Assembly (NCBI GenBank): GCA_964016885.1
Contig: OZ024743.1
Coordinates: 337,032,001-337,096,000 of the forward strand
Length of the DNA stretch: 64,000 nt
Direction: 5' to 3'
Origin: Eledone cirrhosa
Taxonomy: Eukaryota
Under the pieces are notes generated by a model, which saw only the letters and a list, made by a program, of their open reading frames with translations, made no database searches and was not told the origin of the DNA. Both the position numbers and the translations under genes were made by a program. This document shows, piece by piece, positions 39,845 through 53,139 of this stretch; within the stretch, counting starts at the first letter, position 1; every line of letters begins with the position of its first letter.

Positions 39845-42800
39845 GGCTGTCAGGCAGTGTAGACGTCTTTTTGGAGCTACGTAAAAGTGGTAAATTTTCA
39901 GTTTATTTTCGTTTGTAATAGTTGTTCAATTTTGTGAAGGGGAGACGCAATAATATTTGGGCAATTTGGCCCAAATATTTGAATTTGTGTATTTTAAAAA
40001 AATTATCGAAAAAAGAAATATGGCTGAGCCACGCCCCCCAGCGGTACGTCGGCTGTCGTGTAACAGCGGCTTAAACGTTGAGAGGAGGGTTACGGCGAAC
40101 AAAGAAATTTATACCACAAACAGCATGAACAATGACAACAAGAACAACAGAAACAATAACAACAAAAACAACGATATTAACACCACAAGCAAGAACATGA
40201 ACAGCGACAACAACAAAACCAACTGCACCGAAAACAACAACAGCCGCACCAAAGATAAAACCAACAGCACCAACAAGAACAACGACAACAGCAACAACAC
40301 CAACAATAAAAACATTACCAGCAAGAACACTTTCGCACCGGCAGTAGCCAAAAAGAGGCCATGCTTCACCATGGACCTCACGAATAAAGATGAAAAGTTG
40401 GCCCAGGCATGGAAGCTCATCAAGCAAGAGCAAACCTGGGCCAACTTAACTGTCCCAGCAGAAACCATTGAAGCAGTGGAGCGTAGAACGGTGCATTTCA
40501 GATGCATCTCAGCAAAAACAAAGAGGGCGGCTTTAATTTCCCAGGCAGATATTGAAGTCGCGCTGTTTAAGTCAGAAGCCCTCGCTATAAAACATGCAAT
40601 GACCCCTTGCAAAACCACAGAGGAAAGCGAACGGCTCACATCCGCATTTCCAGGATTCCACCAGGACTTGACATGTGGTGGCTCCTTGGATGCGGGATTG
40701 CAGAGGGGACGGGTACCATCCCGATAGAGGTTACAAGAACTGCCAGGGAGGACTGGTCCGGAGTTGACCTGGAGATACTTTTCCAGATTAGACCCGAGAA
40801 TGTAAAAACAATCGCGGACCACATCCGTCTCCAGAACGGGACGGTGATACATATAATGACTGAGGGTTTGCGGAGAAACCACCCATTTGCGAGCCTTCTG
40901 CCCTCAACTGCTGAAAAGTACAAGGGGACGAAGGCTTCGACTGCTGCCGATACCGAAGAGAGAACCACCACCAACACCAGCATCGGCAAAACCACCTGCA
41001 ACAACCACAAATGAAACAGCACCACCAACACTAGCCACCCAGGGGGCAAACGAAGAAAGCTCTCCCATTCCCCCTCCCCCAGAAAATACATACCTGATCA
41101 AAAACATAAACACACATACAGACACAGACACATTTACAGCTTCAGACCCCTCATTTTCAAGTAGTGAAGAGGAGGGAAAACCAAAATCCCCCAAAAGGCA
41201 AAAAAAAATCCACAAAGCACAAAAACATGCAGACACCACAATAAAAAATGCAGATACCACCCACGCAAACATCTCCCCAACAACATCAACATCAACACCA
41301 ATATCACCATCACCAGAATCCCCAAATGAAAACAACCGAAACAGACATAAGATCAAATACACACACAAACAACTGAAACCGCAGACACTGCACTCACAAC
41401 ACCACCAAAACCATCACCACCACAGTCACGCAAACAAATAAAACTGCACCAACAAAACATACAAAACTTCATGCTTGTCAAAAGGGCCAACAAGGAATTG
41501 ATGGCCCTCGTAGCACGAAGTAAAGAAATTCAAACAGAGAGGGGGATTTTTAAATCGAGCACATTTTGCGTGCCAGAAGATTTGTTTCTGGTGCGAATGT
41601 CGCTCGATTCCTACAAAGGAATTCGTGGCAGCTTTCCTCGGGACGTGGGAATCCCGAACATAAAACCCATATCCAAACTTTTAAAGAGATTCCCAAAAGA
41701 AACCCCACCAACTGTGGCAGTCGAACCACCCGACCTTCACAAGAACCCGGGAGCTAAGTAAACCTTTCCTATCTCATTTAGCCTTCCAATATGGCCATAT
41801 TACGGGTTGGAAATTTAAATATTCGAGGCCTGGGGTCGCTCTGGAAGCAGGGTCACCTGCTCAACGACCTCAGGTCTCTAGAAATGGATGTAATTGCCGT
41901 CAGCTAGACCAGAATTTCCGACACGCGCGCACTAGCCCCCATTTTCGACGACTATCAGATCTTCGCATCTGTTAGACGGCCGGAAATGGGAGGTGGGGTG
42001 GCAGTGCTGTTTAGGAAAGGCCTGCATCTCAAGGTAAAGGTCGATCTTCAGAGACCCGAACGGTAAGTTGGTGGTCCTGGACGAGAACAATAGTGAAGGA
42101 GGTGCCTTTAGACTAGTGGCCATCAACGCCCTTACTTGGGCCGGACGGCGGGACTTCTTTAGACGCCTTTACTGTTTGCGGGGGACTGGGACGGCATCTT
42201 AGATGCACGCTGGGATTGTGTGAGAGTAGCCGATAGGAGCGGGGGGTGTAAAAGCCTCAAGTTCCTGATCAGCTAGTTCCAACTCTCTGACAGGTACCGA
42301 CTAGATTTCCCTAATGCACCAGTGTGGACCTGGACCAACCGCATAGGGTCATCTAGATCAGGCATGTCAAACATGCGGCCCTTTACAAGCACACCTGCAG
42401 CCTGCACAAGGGTTTTTACAGCGCGAGCATGTTTTATCTTTGTAATATAATATTTAAAAGATGAGGTGCAATGTGCGCGATTAGCTTTCGTGTGTGGCCC
42501 TCAAACAACACATATGTGACCCATGTGACCCTCAGGGTACCCTCAGTTTCCCATGTCTGATCTAGATCGTATATAGACAGGAATTTCATTAGAAAAATAG
42601 ATAGAAATAGTGTAGGCTGTCCACGTTTTAAAGCGGTCGCTTATTCAGATCGCAAGTTTGTGATCTGTATGGTCGAACTAGATAAGACGCGTCGGTTAGG
42701 ACCTGGTTACTGGAAGCTGAACATGTCGTTTCCGGCACGTATGGCTTACAGGGACCTGGTCAACAATTTAGTTAAGCAAAAGTTGACAGGGAGGGGTCGT

Positions 42801-45556
42801 CAACAACAGATGGTGGGGGGCTCTCAAAAGAGAGAGAGTGATTTTGATAGGATTTAGCAAAGAGGTATCATTAGAGAAAAATAGAAAGTGTGGGGGGGGG
42901 GGCTGGTAGCTAAGTTAGACGAGGCTATTTGTAGTGACATTGCAACTGACGTGCTAGGGGCGAGAATGACATTAGACCAATTCTTCAATGCGTAACATGA
43001 AGGTTGCATTGTCAGAGCTAAGGCGCTTGCTCTGAGAAACGAGGGAACCAAAGCTGTTCGATGGGCCCGCGTGGCAGAGGCGCAGCGTGGTAATAAAACC
43101 ACAATTCGGTCTTTGACGGACCGAGACGAACACGAGCTGAGTGATTCCAGGCGGATGTGTGAGGCCTTTCGCCAGCACTTTTCTCGATTGTTCGGGTGGT
43201 GAGGTCAGAAACGGTAGCGGACTTCAGACCCTACCTCGGCGGCTTGCCGCGCATGTCGACGGCCGGCGCGGAGTGCTACGAAAGGCCGATAACTTCAGTT
43301 GAAATTAAGGATGCATTTGTCGGATGCACGAGGCGCAAATCACCCGGTTTGGATGGTCTTCCCTGCGAGCTTTACGTAAATATGCCAGACTTGTTCTCCG
43401 ATCTCCTCGAAGCGCTCTAATGCAACTGGCAGCAGAACGGGAGTATTCCCAGTTCTGTGAGCCGGGGCGTAGAGACGCTGATAAGGAAAGACAAGAACAA
43501 GAGGGACACATTAGATAATTTCAGGCCCATAACTCTGCTCAACACAGATTTTAAGATTTTGGCCAAGGTGTTAGCGAAAAGGTTGGCGCTTGTCGTCGAA
43601 GGTTTGGTTGGTGAGGCGCAAACTTGCGCAATCCCGATCAGGTCCATATACGACAACCTCTACCTCATGCGATACAACATAGAGAGGGTAGGGTGTAAAC
43701 CTGGCTTCGGTGGGGATCTGATCAATTTAGATCAATCAAAAGCATTCGATAGGGTCGACCATCGGTACCTGGAGGCTGTCCTCAAGGCAGCTGGCTTCGG
43801 CCTAGTCTTCAGAAGCTGGATCGCTGCAATGCACAGCGGCATCAGTTCGGTGCTCAAAGTTAATAGCCACCTCACGGAACCGTTTCAGAACTCCCGATCA
43901 GTCTGTCAAGGGTGCCCTCTCTCCTCCTTTCTGTATGTATTGACTCTCGGGCCTTTACTGCGGAAGCTGGAGCTGTTGCAGGGCATTCCGCTCGAATCGG
44001 GACGTGGAAAGGCTGTGTCAGCTTATGCGTACATCACCGTGATGGTGTCGGACACCTCGGAAATCGAGGTGGTCGACACCTTATTGGAGGAATATGAAAG
44101 GTTGACGGGAGCGAAATTTAACCCGGAAAAGTCGGTGGACTTGCAGCTCGGCACCTGGAGAAGCAAATCCATGCCGTCCAACAGCGTCGTTGGGTGTTGG
44201 ACGAACGGACCGGTAAAGTTGTTCGGGGTTTGGTTCAGACCAGACCTCCAGGTGGATAAGAATTGGAACGAGGTGACGATCAGGGTAGCCAGTCTCACCC
44301 AGAAATGGGCTGCGAGGAAACTGTCCCTAAAAGGTCAGGTGGAGGTGACGAATGTGGACATCTCGTCCGTCATATGCTACCACCTGACCATCGTGCCTTG
44401 CCCCCGTCCGCGCTTCAAGTTGGAACGGTTCCTCTTCAAATTCTTGTTGAGGTGACAGGTTCCGTTGGTGAAGCGGTCCATCTGCTACCAGCGCTCTTTA
44501 CGGGGAAGGCTGGGCATGCCGTAGCTAATGATGCACAGATATGCTCCGAGGCTGCGGCACCTCCAGATATTCTGCCTGAATGGTGAACATGTGTGGTCAC
44601 CTTTTGTCAGACGGGCCTTTCCACAGCTCGTCTCTTTCATGAGCTGCAGTCCTGAGTCAAGAAAGACTGACACTGAGTGACTGGCATCTGGAATGTTGTC
44701 AGGCACTCACTGCCCTCCTCCAGGCGGGCGATGCGGTTAGTGGAACTTCCACTCCCGAATTCTATAGGGGATTAGTGATGGGCAAGGTCGACGACGTACT
44801 TGGAAGGGCTCTGAGCATCGACGAAGTCGAACTGACCAGTCTGTTTCCGGAGGACATTCGAGCTAGAAATGATGGATAACTTCCAGAAATCCCTCGCTTG
44901 ACAATGTTACCGGGGGGCACTGACGGTTCGAGATAAACTCTGCAGGCACGGAAGTACTGTCAGACGTACCTGCCCGAGATGCGCGCAGAGCGACGAAACC
45001 GTTCTGCACTCACTCGTCCAATGTCCGTGTATTACTGACTTGTGGAGTTATGTCGAATAGCTGTTGTCACGTGTAGAACGGATCCGGCTATCGGCCGAGT
45101 CCATAGTGAAGATCGACCCGCTGCCTTCTTTTGGCCAGGAAAAGCAGGCAATTTTCCTCTGTCTGGTGGCAGTAGCGAAAGAGGTTGTATGGTGGACCAG
45201 GTTGAAAGGACTGAAGACAGACACATTTCTCTTCGGCCAATCCCTCATCAACTTTTTCAAGTTTCACTTGGAAAGAAAGGTGAGGGTGGAGAGAGAAGTG
45301 CTGCCCCCCAGTACATTTGCTAAAAGATGAGTGAACGTGGCTGGTGCCCTCAAATCGTCAGGTGGTTCAGGATTGGTGGGGTACCTGACTCAACCCTGGG
45401 TTGTTATCCCCCTTATTGGTGAACTTCTGTTGTTTTTAATTTTCTTGTTTTCATATTTTTTACTCGATTTTTTAGTAAAGCTCCCACTATACCCATCTAT
45501 TGTATTGTCCTTTATGTGTCGGTCCTTGTGGCCAATAAATGAAACTATTATTATTG
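39845..45556 (+). mobile_element. Tx1/L1-clade LINE, full-length degraded (copy B)
   Basis: ORF1 from ~40020 (DKLAQAWKLIK-type motif ...WANLTVP), ORF2 from ~41791 with APE/RT motifs matching copy A, many stops; 3' end GTCGGTCCTTGTGGCCAATAAATGAAAC(TAT)n. Confidence 0.95.
42359..42559. mobile_element. hAT-superfamily MITE inserted in Tx1 copy B
   Basis: TIRs CAGGCATGTCAAAC / GTTTCCCATGTCTG; 8-bp target duplication ATCTAGAT (42351-42358 and 42560-42567); absent at the homologous site of copy A. Confidence 0.92.
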
Positions 45557-45562
45557 TTGTTG

Positions 45563-45627
<65 letters not shown>

Positions 45628-46395
45628 TGCAGTAGCCGCAACAGTAGTTATATTTGCCTTGCATCCTTTTGGTATCGATAAAATATAGCACCAGTAGCGC
45701 ACTGAGGTTGATATGATCGAATTTCCTCTTTCTTTCAAATTGCTGACCTTGTTCAAAAGTAGAAGCAATTTTCCGATCAAACTAGCCATGACAAGCACTC
45801 ACTTGGCCGACGTCCTAATGGTGTACTCATTCCGTTGTCCATTTCCGGGATACCCTTCTATTAGATATTAATTGTTTGTGATGTGAAAGTTGTGAATTGA
45901 CAGAATCGTTAGAGCGCTGGGTAAAATTCTTAGTTATTTGGTTACAGCTCTTTGTTATCTCACCGATAACAAATTTGCCTTTTACCTATCCAAAGTACCA
46001 GTCAATTAATTGGCTCTTTCCGCTTCAAAAAAAAAAAATACTAGTTTTATGCCTAAAGTAGAAACCATTAATCACTTATGATGTGGCTTGTTTGCCCCAC
46101 CTAAATTCGAATATATATAAATACAATAGCTTAGGGATTAAATTCACGTCCAGCAGATATGGTTAAGTGGAAAATATATTTGTGTTGAGGACACATTCAG
46201 AATATTTCCGGGGGAAACATATGAAATTGGGGACCAGCTTGATAATGTAAACAGCCACTGGAGCTGTACAATCCCAAAATCACAGGAGTGGGCAATATTA
46301 CCATAGCAATTATCCCAGTGTATTACTAATAAAGTACCAGTAATACACTGGGATAATTGCTGGCCTTGTGCCTAAAGTAGAAACAATTATTATTC

Positions 46396-46694
46396 TGACC
46401 ATGCGCCTATAGGCTAGCTAACTTGAGGAGAGGGGTGCTCTCCCTGGGTGCCCTAGAAGCGCAGGGTGGTTCAGGATTGGTGGGGTACCCGAGCCACCCC
46501 AGGGTCGTCCACCCCCTATCGGGGAATTTATTTTGTTATATTTATGTATAGTTTATTTTATATTTTTATATTTTCATTGTTAAATTAGTCTTGCCATTGT
46601 GCACTTTTACTCGACCTTATTGTAAACCCCCACTGTCCCCGTCTTTGTATTGTCCCCTACATGTCGGCCCTTGTGGCTAATAAATGAAATCATT
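46396..46694 (+). mobile_element. 5'-truncated Tx1 3' end, nearly identical to the copy A tail, between two SINE fragments
   Basis: CTGACCATGCGCCTATAGGCTAGCTAAC...GTGGCTAATAAATGAAATCATT is the reverse complement of ~30583-30882. Confidence 0.92.
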
Positions 46695-46829
46695 CAATCC
46701 CGCCGAGGTTGACTTTGCCTTTCATCCTTACGGGGTCGATAAAATAAAGTACCAGTAATGCACTGGGTATTTGCTGGCCTTGTGCCTAAAGTAGAAACAA
46801 TTATTATTATTATTATTATTGGTTATTGG

Positions 46830-47905
46830 TGTGGTCCAAGTTTGAGACTGCTGTCGTCTGACAGCGGTTTAAACATTGAGGAGAATAACGTCACCCCTCC
46901 TACAACAGATATGAACACCAACACCACATTAGGCCTGATCGCCAACAGCAGCACCAACAACAACAACTACACCAACAATAATAACAACACCAACAACAGT
47001 AGTAACAACAACAACAGTGAAACTACAAATGTGAAGAAAACTGACAACACCAATAATAGCAGCAACAACGACAACAGCAACAACAACAACAATAATAACA
47101 TTACAAACAACAAGAACACTTTTGCACCGGCAGCAGCCAAAAATAGGCCATGCTTCGCCATGGACCTCACGAATAAAGATGAAAAGTTGGCCCAGGCGTG
47201 GAAGCTCATCAAGCAAGAGCAAACCTGGGCCAACTTAACTGTCCCGGTTGAAGTTATTGAAGCAGTGGAACGTAGAACGGTGCATTTCAGATGCATCTCA
47301 GCAGAAACAAAGAGGGCGGCTTTAATTGCCCAGGCAGATATTGAAGCTGCGTTGAAATCATCAGGGATGACACCGAATACATAGCGAGGGGCAGACAATA
47401 CGGCACCATTTCGGTGCTGTTTAAGTCAGAAGCCCTCGCTATAAAACATGCAATGACCCCTTGCAAAACCAGCAAGGTCATTATGTACCCTTCCCACAGA
47501 GGAAAACGAACAGCTCACGTCCGCATTCCCAGGATTCCACTAAGACTTGACATGTGGTGGCTCCTGGGATGCGTAATTGTAGAGGGGACGGATACCGTCC
47601 CGATACAGGTTACAAGGACTGCCAGGGAGTATTGGTCCGGGGTTGACCTGGAGATACTTTTCCAGATTAGGCCCGAGAGTGTAAAAGCAATCCCGGACCA
47701 CATCTGTCTCCAGAACATATAATGACAGAGGGCAAAATGCCGCATTGTTTCGTTTGCGGAGAAACAACCCATTTACGAGCCTTCTGTCCTCAACTGCTGA
47801 AAAGTGCAAGGAGGCGAAGGCTTCGACCGCTGCCGACACACCAACACCAGCACTGGTGGCGGCGGCTGCGTGAAGATCTGATAATCATCGAAAATGGGAG
47901 CTAGT
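46830..47905 (+). mobile_element. Tx1 ORF1 fragment (copy D)
   Basis: Asn-rich region, DEKLAQAWKLIKQEQTWANLTVP, intact CFVCGETTHLRAFC zinc knuckle. Confidence 0.9.
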
Positions 47906-48699
47906 GCGGCGGTGGTGACGGTGGCGGCTGCGCTAAGATCTGATAGTCGTAGAAAATCGGGCTAGTGCGGTGGTGGTAGCGGCTGTGCGATGGTCTGACA
48001 GTCGTCGAAAATGGGGACTAGTGTGGCAGCGGCGCCGCCCCCCGTCGTCGTCGTTGTTTACAAGTGGCTTTCCAAGTTGTTTACAACCTAACTTTACTTT
48101 AAACAACTTACTTAACATTCCAACTCAGCTTAAACTTGTGTAAGGTTAACAAAGATAACAAAAGAATTGATTCGCCGTAATGTTTTCCTTTGGAGCTGAA
48201 TAGTTTTTTCCTTGTAATTTCAATCGAAATCTCTAATCTCTAATCTCACGTGCTGCGAAACATTCTCTTTGTTGCTTCATTCACAAATCCGGACAGTGCT
48301 ACCGTAAAACGGGGGAGAGGAAGATAAATAAATGCTGGGATTTGACTGAGCACTTCTTTTTCGTGGCAGTCGCCGTCGAGACCACTGTTATCCTCAGTCC
48401 ATGAACTGTCATTTTTGTACAGAAAATTGGAAGATGTGCTGACCGCTCGAGGTAGGGGCCCCATAGGGTAGTGTGGTTGATGCAGATGTCGCTGGTGGTT
48501 CTCCTCGACAATGGCTTCGCTATTTTGTCACTAAAATTTACTACCTAGACAGCAGTGAAGAGTTTGCTGTCCTACACTCTTTAACTTACTTTCATTATTT
48601 ACTTTTGAGATACTCATCCTCTGAAGAAAGCTGCATAGTACACTCTGCATATGCATGTTCCACAGAAGCAAGAGGAAAAGTTAAAATATCTTAGGGCCA

Positions 48700-49360
48700 T
48701 TTGTATGTATGATGGAAGGCAGGGGACTGGATTAAACGCAAGAGTTACATGAGCTGATGTAGTAATGTGCCAGCTTCAGTTCTCAATCATAAAAAGAAGA
48801 GTTGTAGGTATAAAAGCCAAACTTATTATCTTCAATTCGATCTTTGTGCCTATGGTCATGAATTTTGGATAATGGCTGAAAGAATATGATCATGAATACA
48901 AACAGCCTAAATGAGGTTCCACTAAAGGGTCTTTGGGGTAACCTTACTTGATAATGGGCATTGCTCAGAGATCAGAGACTCACTCCAAATTGAAAGATCA
49001 CAGCTCCGATACTACAGTCATGTGGCTAGAATGTCTAAGGAAAGGAGCGCTGGGCAGATATTACGGGCAAAACCAGAGGTTGACCCCGAGCAAGATGGCT
49101 GGATGACATCCACGAGCTTGGTCTCTCTCATTTAGGAATCCAGCCGAATCAATTGGAGACGGTTGTTACTTATAGGACCCTCTAAGAAGCAGCTGTCTCC
49201 ATATTCATAATGGGCTCTGGAAACAGATCACTCATCTCTGATCTTGGTTAGGCGAATGACAACCAGAGACCAACTCATATCTAAAAAAGAAAATAGGACC
49301 CCTAGGAAGGCGTGTCTGCGGACGCTTCCTCCAATACTCTCCCAAGAAGAAGAAGAAGTG
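48700..49360 (+). mobile_element. RTE LINE 3' remnant with (GAA)n tail
   Basis: Colinear similarity to 3840-4370 (GATGGAAGGCAG, TTGGATAATG.C.GAAAGAATA, AAGGGTCTTTGG.GTAAC). Confidence 0.7.
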
Positions 49361-49723
49361 TCCAGAATCATATTCCTATAGCTCCTTTAGGTCATTCATA
49401 AGTCCACATACTATACATACTAAATAATATGTCCATGGTCAAGTTTTATGTACATCACTAAGCAAAGACACTTGGAATATTAGTTCCGAATTTTATTCGA
49501 GACGTTTGATTGATTGAAAAAATATTGTTGTGCTGGTACAGATACGTGAGGCATATAGGGAATGAGAGGTGACCTAAGAAATGTTAAGTGATCCAAGGGG
49601 AAAGAACCTGTAAAAGGAGAAGACAAATGAAGTGACAAAGTACTACAACAAATGACAAGATGATGTGCAGAAGTCCTGTCCAACCCATGCCAATATGGAA
49701 AAATGAATGTAAAATGAGAATGG

Positions 49724-49754
<31 letters not shown>

Positions 49755-50549
49755 ATATATTTGTAAAAAAGGAAAAGAATGACTTCACTTGTAGTTCTAA
49801 ATAATTTGATTTAATATTCCAAAATTATCCTTATTTTTCTCTTTACTGCCATCCCATTCTTATCAAAAGACATGAATCTTACACCTCATTAAAACCCACC
49901 AGACACACACCTAAATTCATCTTTGATATAGAAATTTGTAGAAGGTATTCTTTATAAATTTAAGAGAGTTGATTCAGCTATAAGAAATGAATTTGAAAAA
50001 CATCCTGCCATTATATTCATCAAAAGTCATCTATTGAAATGGAACCACCAGGAGGGGACGTTTACAAACCCTTTCTTAAACACTCTTATCTTGCTGTCAA
50101 TCTTCACCATTTTCTGTGTGTATATATTCATATATGTGTGTGTGTGTGCGTGTGTTTGTGTGTGTATGTTTTATTCCTTTAAATCTTCATCAACACTTCT
50201 TCCCTTCCACACTCATTAACACCACACCCCACACCCAGACACATCCAAATCTCTCTTGTATATAGTCACACATCACAACACAACCTGATCTCAATTTGAC
50301 AATCGCCACCGAGGAATGCGAGAAAGTTCTCCAAGAAAATTAACCAGGAATCTTTAAAATTCTTCCCACCGAAGTTAACAAAGAACTTGCTAGATCTACC
50401 AACTCATAATATTATAATATTATAAGATTAAATCAAATTATTTAACACTACAAGTGAAGTCATTCTTTTTTTTTTTTCAAATATACCTAACTGTATCAAG
50501 GATCTCACACATTTTCCAATATATATATATATATATATTAGTCAGTCTA

Positions 50550-51010
50550 GTCACTACTTCTGATCAGATCCGAGAATAGCCCTTAAAAGGACTGTTATCG
50601 CATACGGTCTGATCGGATCTGAGGGTAGCCCTTAAAAGGACTGTTGTCTCATACGGTAAGGATGAACAGACGAAAGCACAAGTTGAAAGGACGAGCAAGG
50701 CGAGAGATGTAGTTCGGTCAGCTATTTATTTTCATACATGAAGCGACGATACAGAGGTACAAGGCATGTGTGAGTGACAATCGTGGCAGAGGAGAGGAAC
50801 AACGATACGCTAGCTGACTCTGCCAAAGGTCGACTGGCGAAAGTGTTTGGAACCACTCTATTTATACAGAAATAATCGTTTGATGTTTAGCCGCTGCGTA
50901 AGCGTTTTATTTTGGTGGCTTTAAGGGTTGTTTGTTTCACGGTGAGGTAGCTAGCTAAGCAGGTAGATGGAGCTGTTTATTTCACAGATGTTATTTGCGG
51001 TGGCTGTACA
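50550..51010 (-). mobile_element. Possible solo LTR
   Basis: Minus strand begins TGTACA and contains TATAAATA then AATAAA; ends in a ~51-bp tandem duplication; flanked by microsatellites. Confidence 0.35.
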
Positions 51011-51065
51011 TATGCATACATTCATACAAACACACATGTACATACACACATTTACACATATATAT

Positions 51066-52010
51066 AATGAAATTATTGTGTAAAGTGCTCAGGTGCACTA
51101 CAACTCGTCAATATAGTACATAGAATAATACACAAATATCAGGGAAGTACATGTGTGTATGTGTTAGCTGTAGTGTTGGCGGATCTCGGGAAGCATGGAG
51201 GCCTTAAAGGATGCAGTGTCTCGACAGCTAACAACTGATGCAGGTAGTTTGTTCCATGCTTCAGCAACTCTGAGCGTGAAAAAATGTTTCCGAAAGTCAT
51301 GGGAACTGTGCTGTTTTCTTACTTTGTGGGCATGTCCACGTGTGTTAGACACATGGAAATCAAAAAGGTACTCAGGGTTGTTGTTGGCAACATGGTTAAC
51401 AATTTTGTGGGTGTTTACCAAATCAGTTGCCAGGCGTCGGAGCTTCAATGAATCCATGCCCAGGGAAGCAAGGCGCTCAGAGTATGGTAGATGCCTGATG
51501 GAGAGTATTCGCTTGGTTGCACGTCTCTGAACAGTTTCCAGGCGGTCAATGTCCTGAGGAAGATAGGGGTTCCAGACTGGTGATGCAAATTCTAAGTGTG
51601 GTCGCATCATAGCTGTATACAGCCTTAAATAGATATCTGGAGAGCGGCTGACAAAGGTCTTGCTGAGTGATGCTAAGACACCCTCGGCCCTCTTGACAAT
51701 TTTAGAGACGTGCCTCGTCCAACGCAAATCGCTGCTGACCGTAATGCCCAGGTCACGTTCACAGGAAGACTTCTTGATATTAGTGCTGTGGAGGGAGTAT
51801 GTGGACGCTGGGTTTTTACTCCCAAAATGCATGGTGGTGCACTTGTCCACAGCTAGCTTGAGTTGCCAGTCTGAGATCCATTGTTGCATTGTGTCCAGGT
51901 CAGACTGCAAGCAAGATCTATAGTGTTCAGGATCTGTCCTTTTTATCTCAAGGTACAGCTTGATGTCGTCTGCGTACTTTAGTACTGTGGCATTCCTTAA
52001 GTTGGCATCT
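51066..52010 (-). mobile_element. CR1-clade LINE 3' fragment with open RT C-terminus
   Basis: KYADDIKL...ERDLGI...RPHLEFASPVWNP...LETVQRRATK...YSERL...TRGH...FFTLRVAEAWNKLP. Confidence 0.92.
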
Positions 52011-52110
52011 ATATATACACACTCATTTATATTCATGTCCTTTGCGTATCATATTGTCTATATAATCTTCACAAACGAGTGGTTATAACAGAAATGATTT
52101 TCTTTTTTAA

Positions 52111-52313
52111 CTCTTTAGCATTTAAACCGGCTGCATCCAGCCAGAATTCTCTCACCTCTTTCTGTTCAAACCGGCTGTAACCGTCCGCTCATACTGATGT
52201 TAAGTTATTGTTCTCAAAATAAATAATATAAAATGTAAGATACAGCCTTTACCGCAAAAGTACAATAATGTAAAGTACAATAATGTATATAGAGTAATGT
52301 AAATGCTAAAGGG
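52111..52313. mobile_element. piggyBac-type MITE
   Basis: TTAA on both sides; TIRs C(T/C)CTTTAGCATTTA. A second, inverted copy lies at 52576-52775. Confidence 0.85.
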
Positions 52314-53139
52314 TTAAATACACATTCTGAAAGTATAAAGTTAATGTAAGAGGGTACCATCATTCTTACTATACTAGTATATCATATATTCTCTCTATTC
52401 TATCTACAAAGAAATACTCATACATCACCAATAAAAGAAGGGCCTAGATAAATACTGTAGGCACCACAAAACTATTTCTAATCCAACCTAGAACCAGCTA
52501 CTCAAAAAAAAATCTACGCTTTGTTTCTCAGATGTCCTCTTACTAACTATTCCTTAACTTTTAGCCAGCACTTAACCCTTTAGCACTTACATTACTCTAT
52601 ATTTACTATTATACTTTTACGGTAAACACTTTCCCTCACATAATATCTAATCTATGAGATTTTGATATTATTGATGTTGAGAACAATACCTTAACACCAG
52701 TATGAGTGGATGGTTACAGCTGGTTTGAACAGAAAGAGGTGAGAGAATTCTGACTAGATACGGCTGGTTTGAACAGACACTAACTATCACCTGATACCAC
52801 TCCAACTCTTCCATCCTCAATATCTATATGTATAACCTTGTATTCTCCAATCGTACTATCTATTGTTCATTTACTGCACCTTGATCTGTATTTTATTTCT
52901 TCTGTATTTTGATTTCTTCGATATGATTTTATATACTTCCATTTTACTCCCTCAATTCCACCCTAGGTATGACTGCATTTTATTTATGTATTTATTTATT
53001 CACTTTACTCTCCTTATATACTCATCCTTGTACTCATCTGTTACTAAAATTAGCACACGACCCTAGAATATTACTCTCTGTACTCTATATATCTGTTTAT
53101 CTTTAATCACTCCCCCTACCCACTCAAGAATCACACTAC

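Noticed and set aside
48180-48520. CpG-containing unique-looking segment as a promoter or first exon
   Set aside because: No convincing ORF, repeat match or splice partner could be established by eye.
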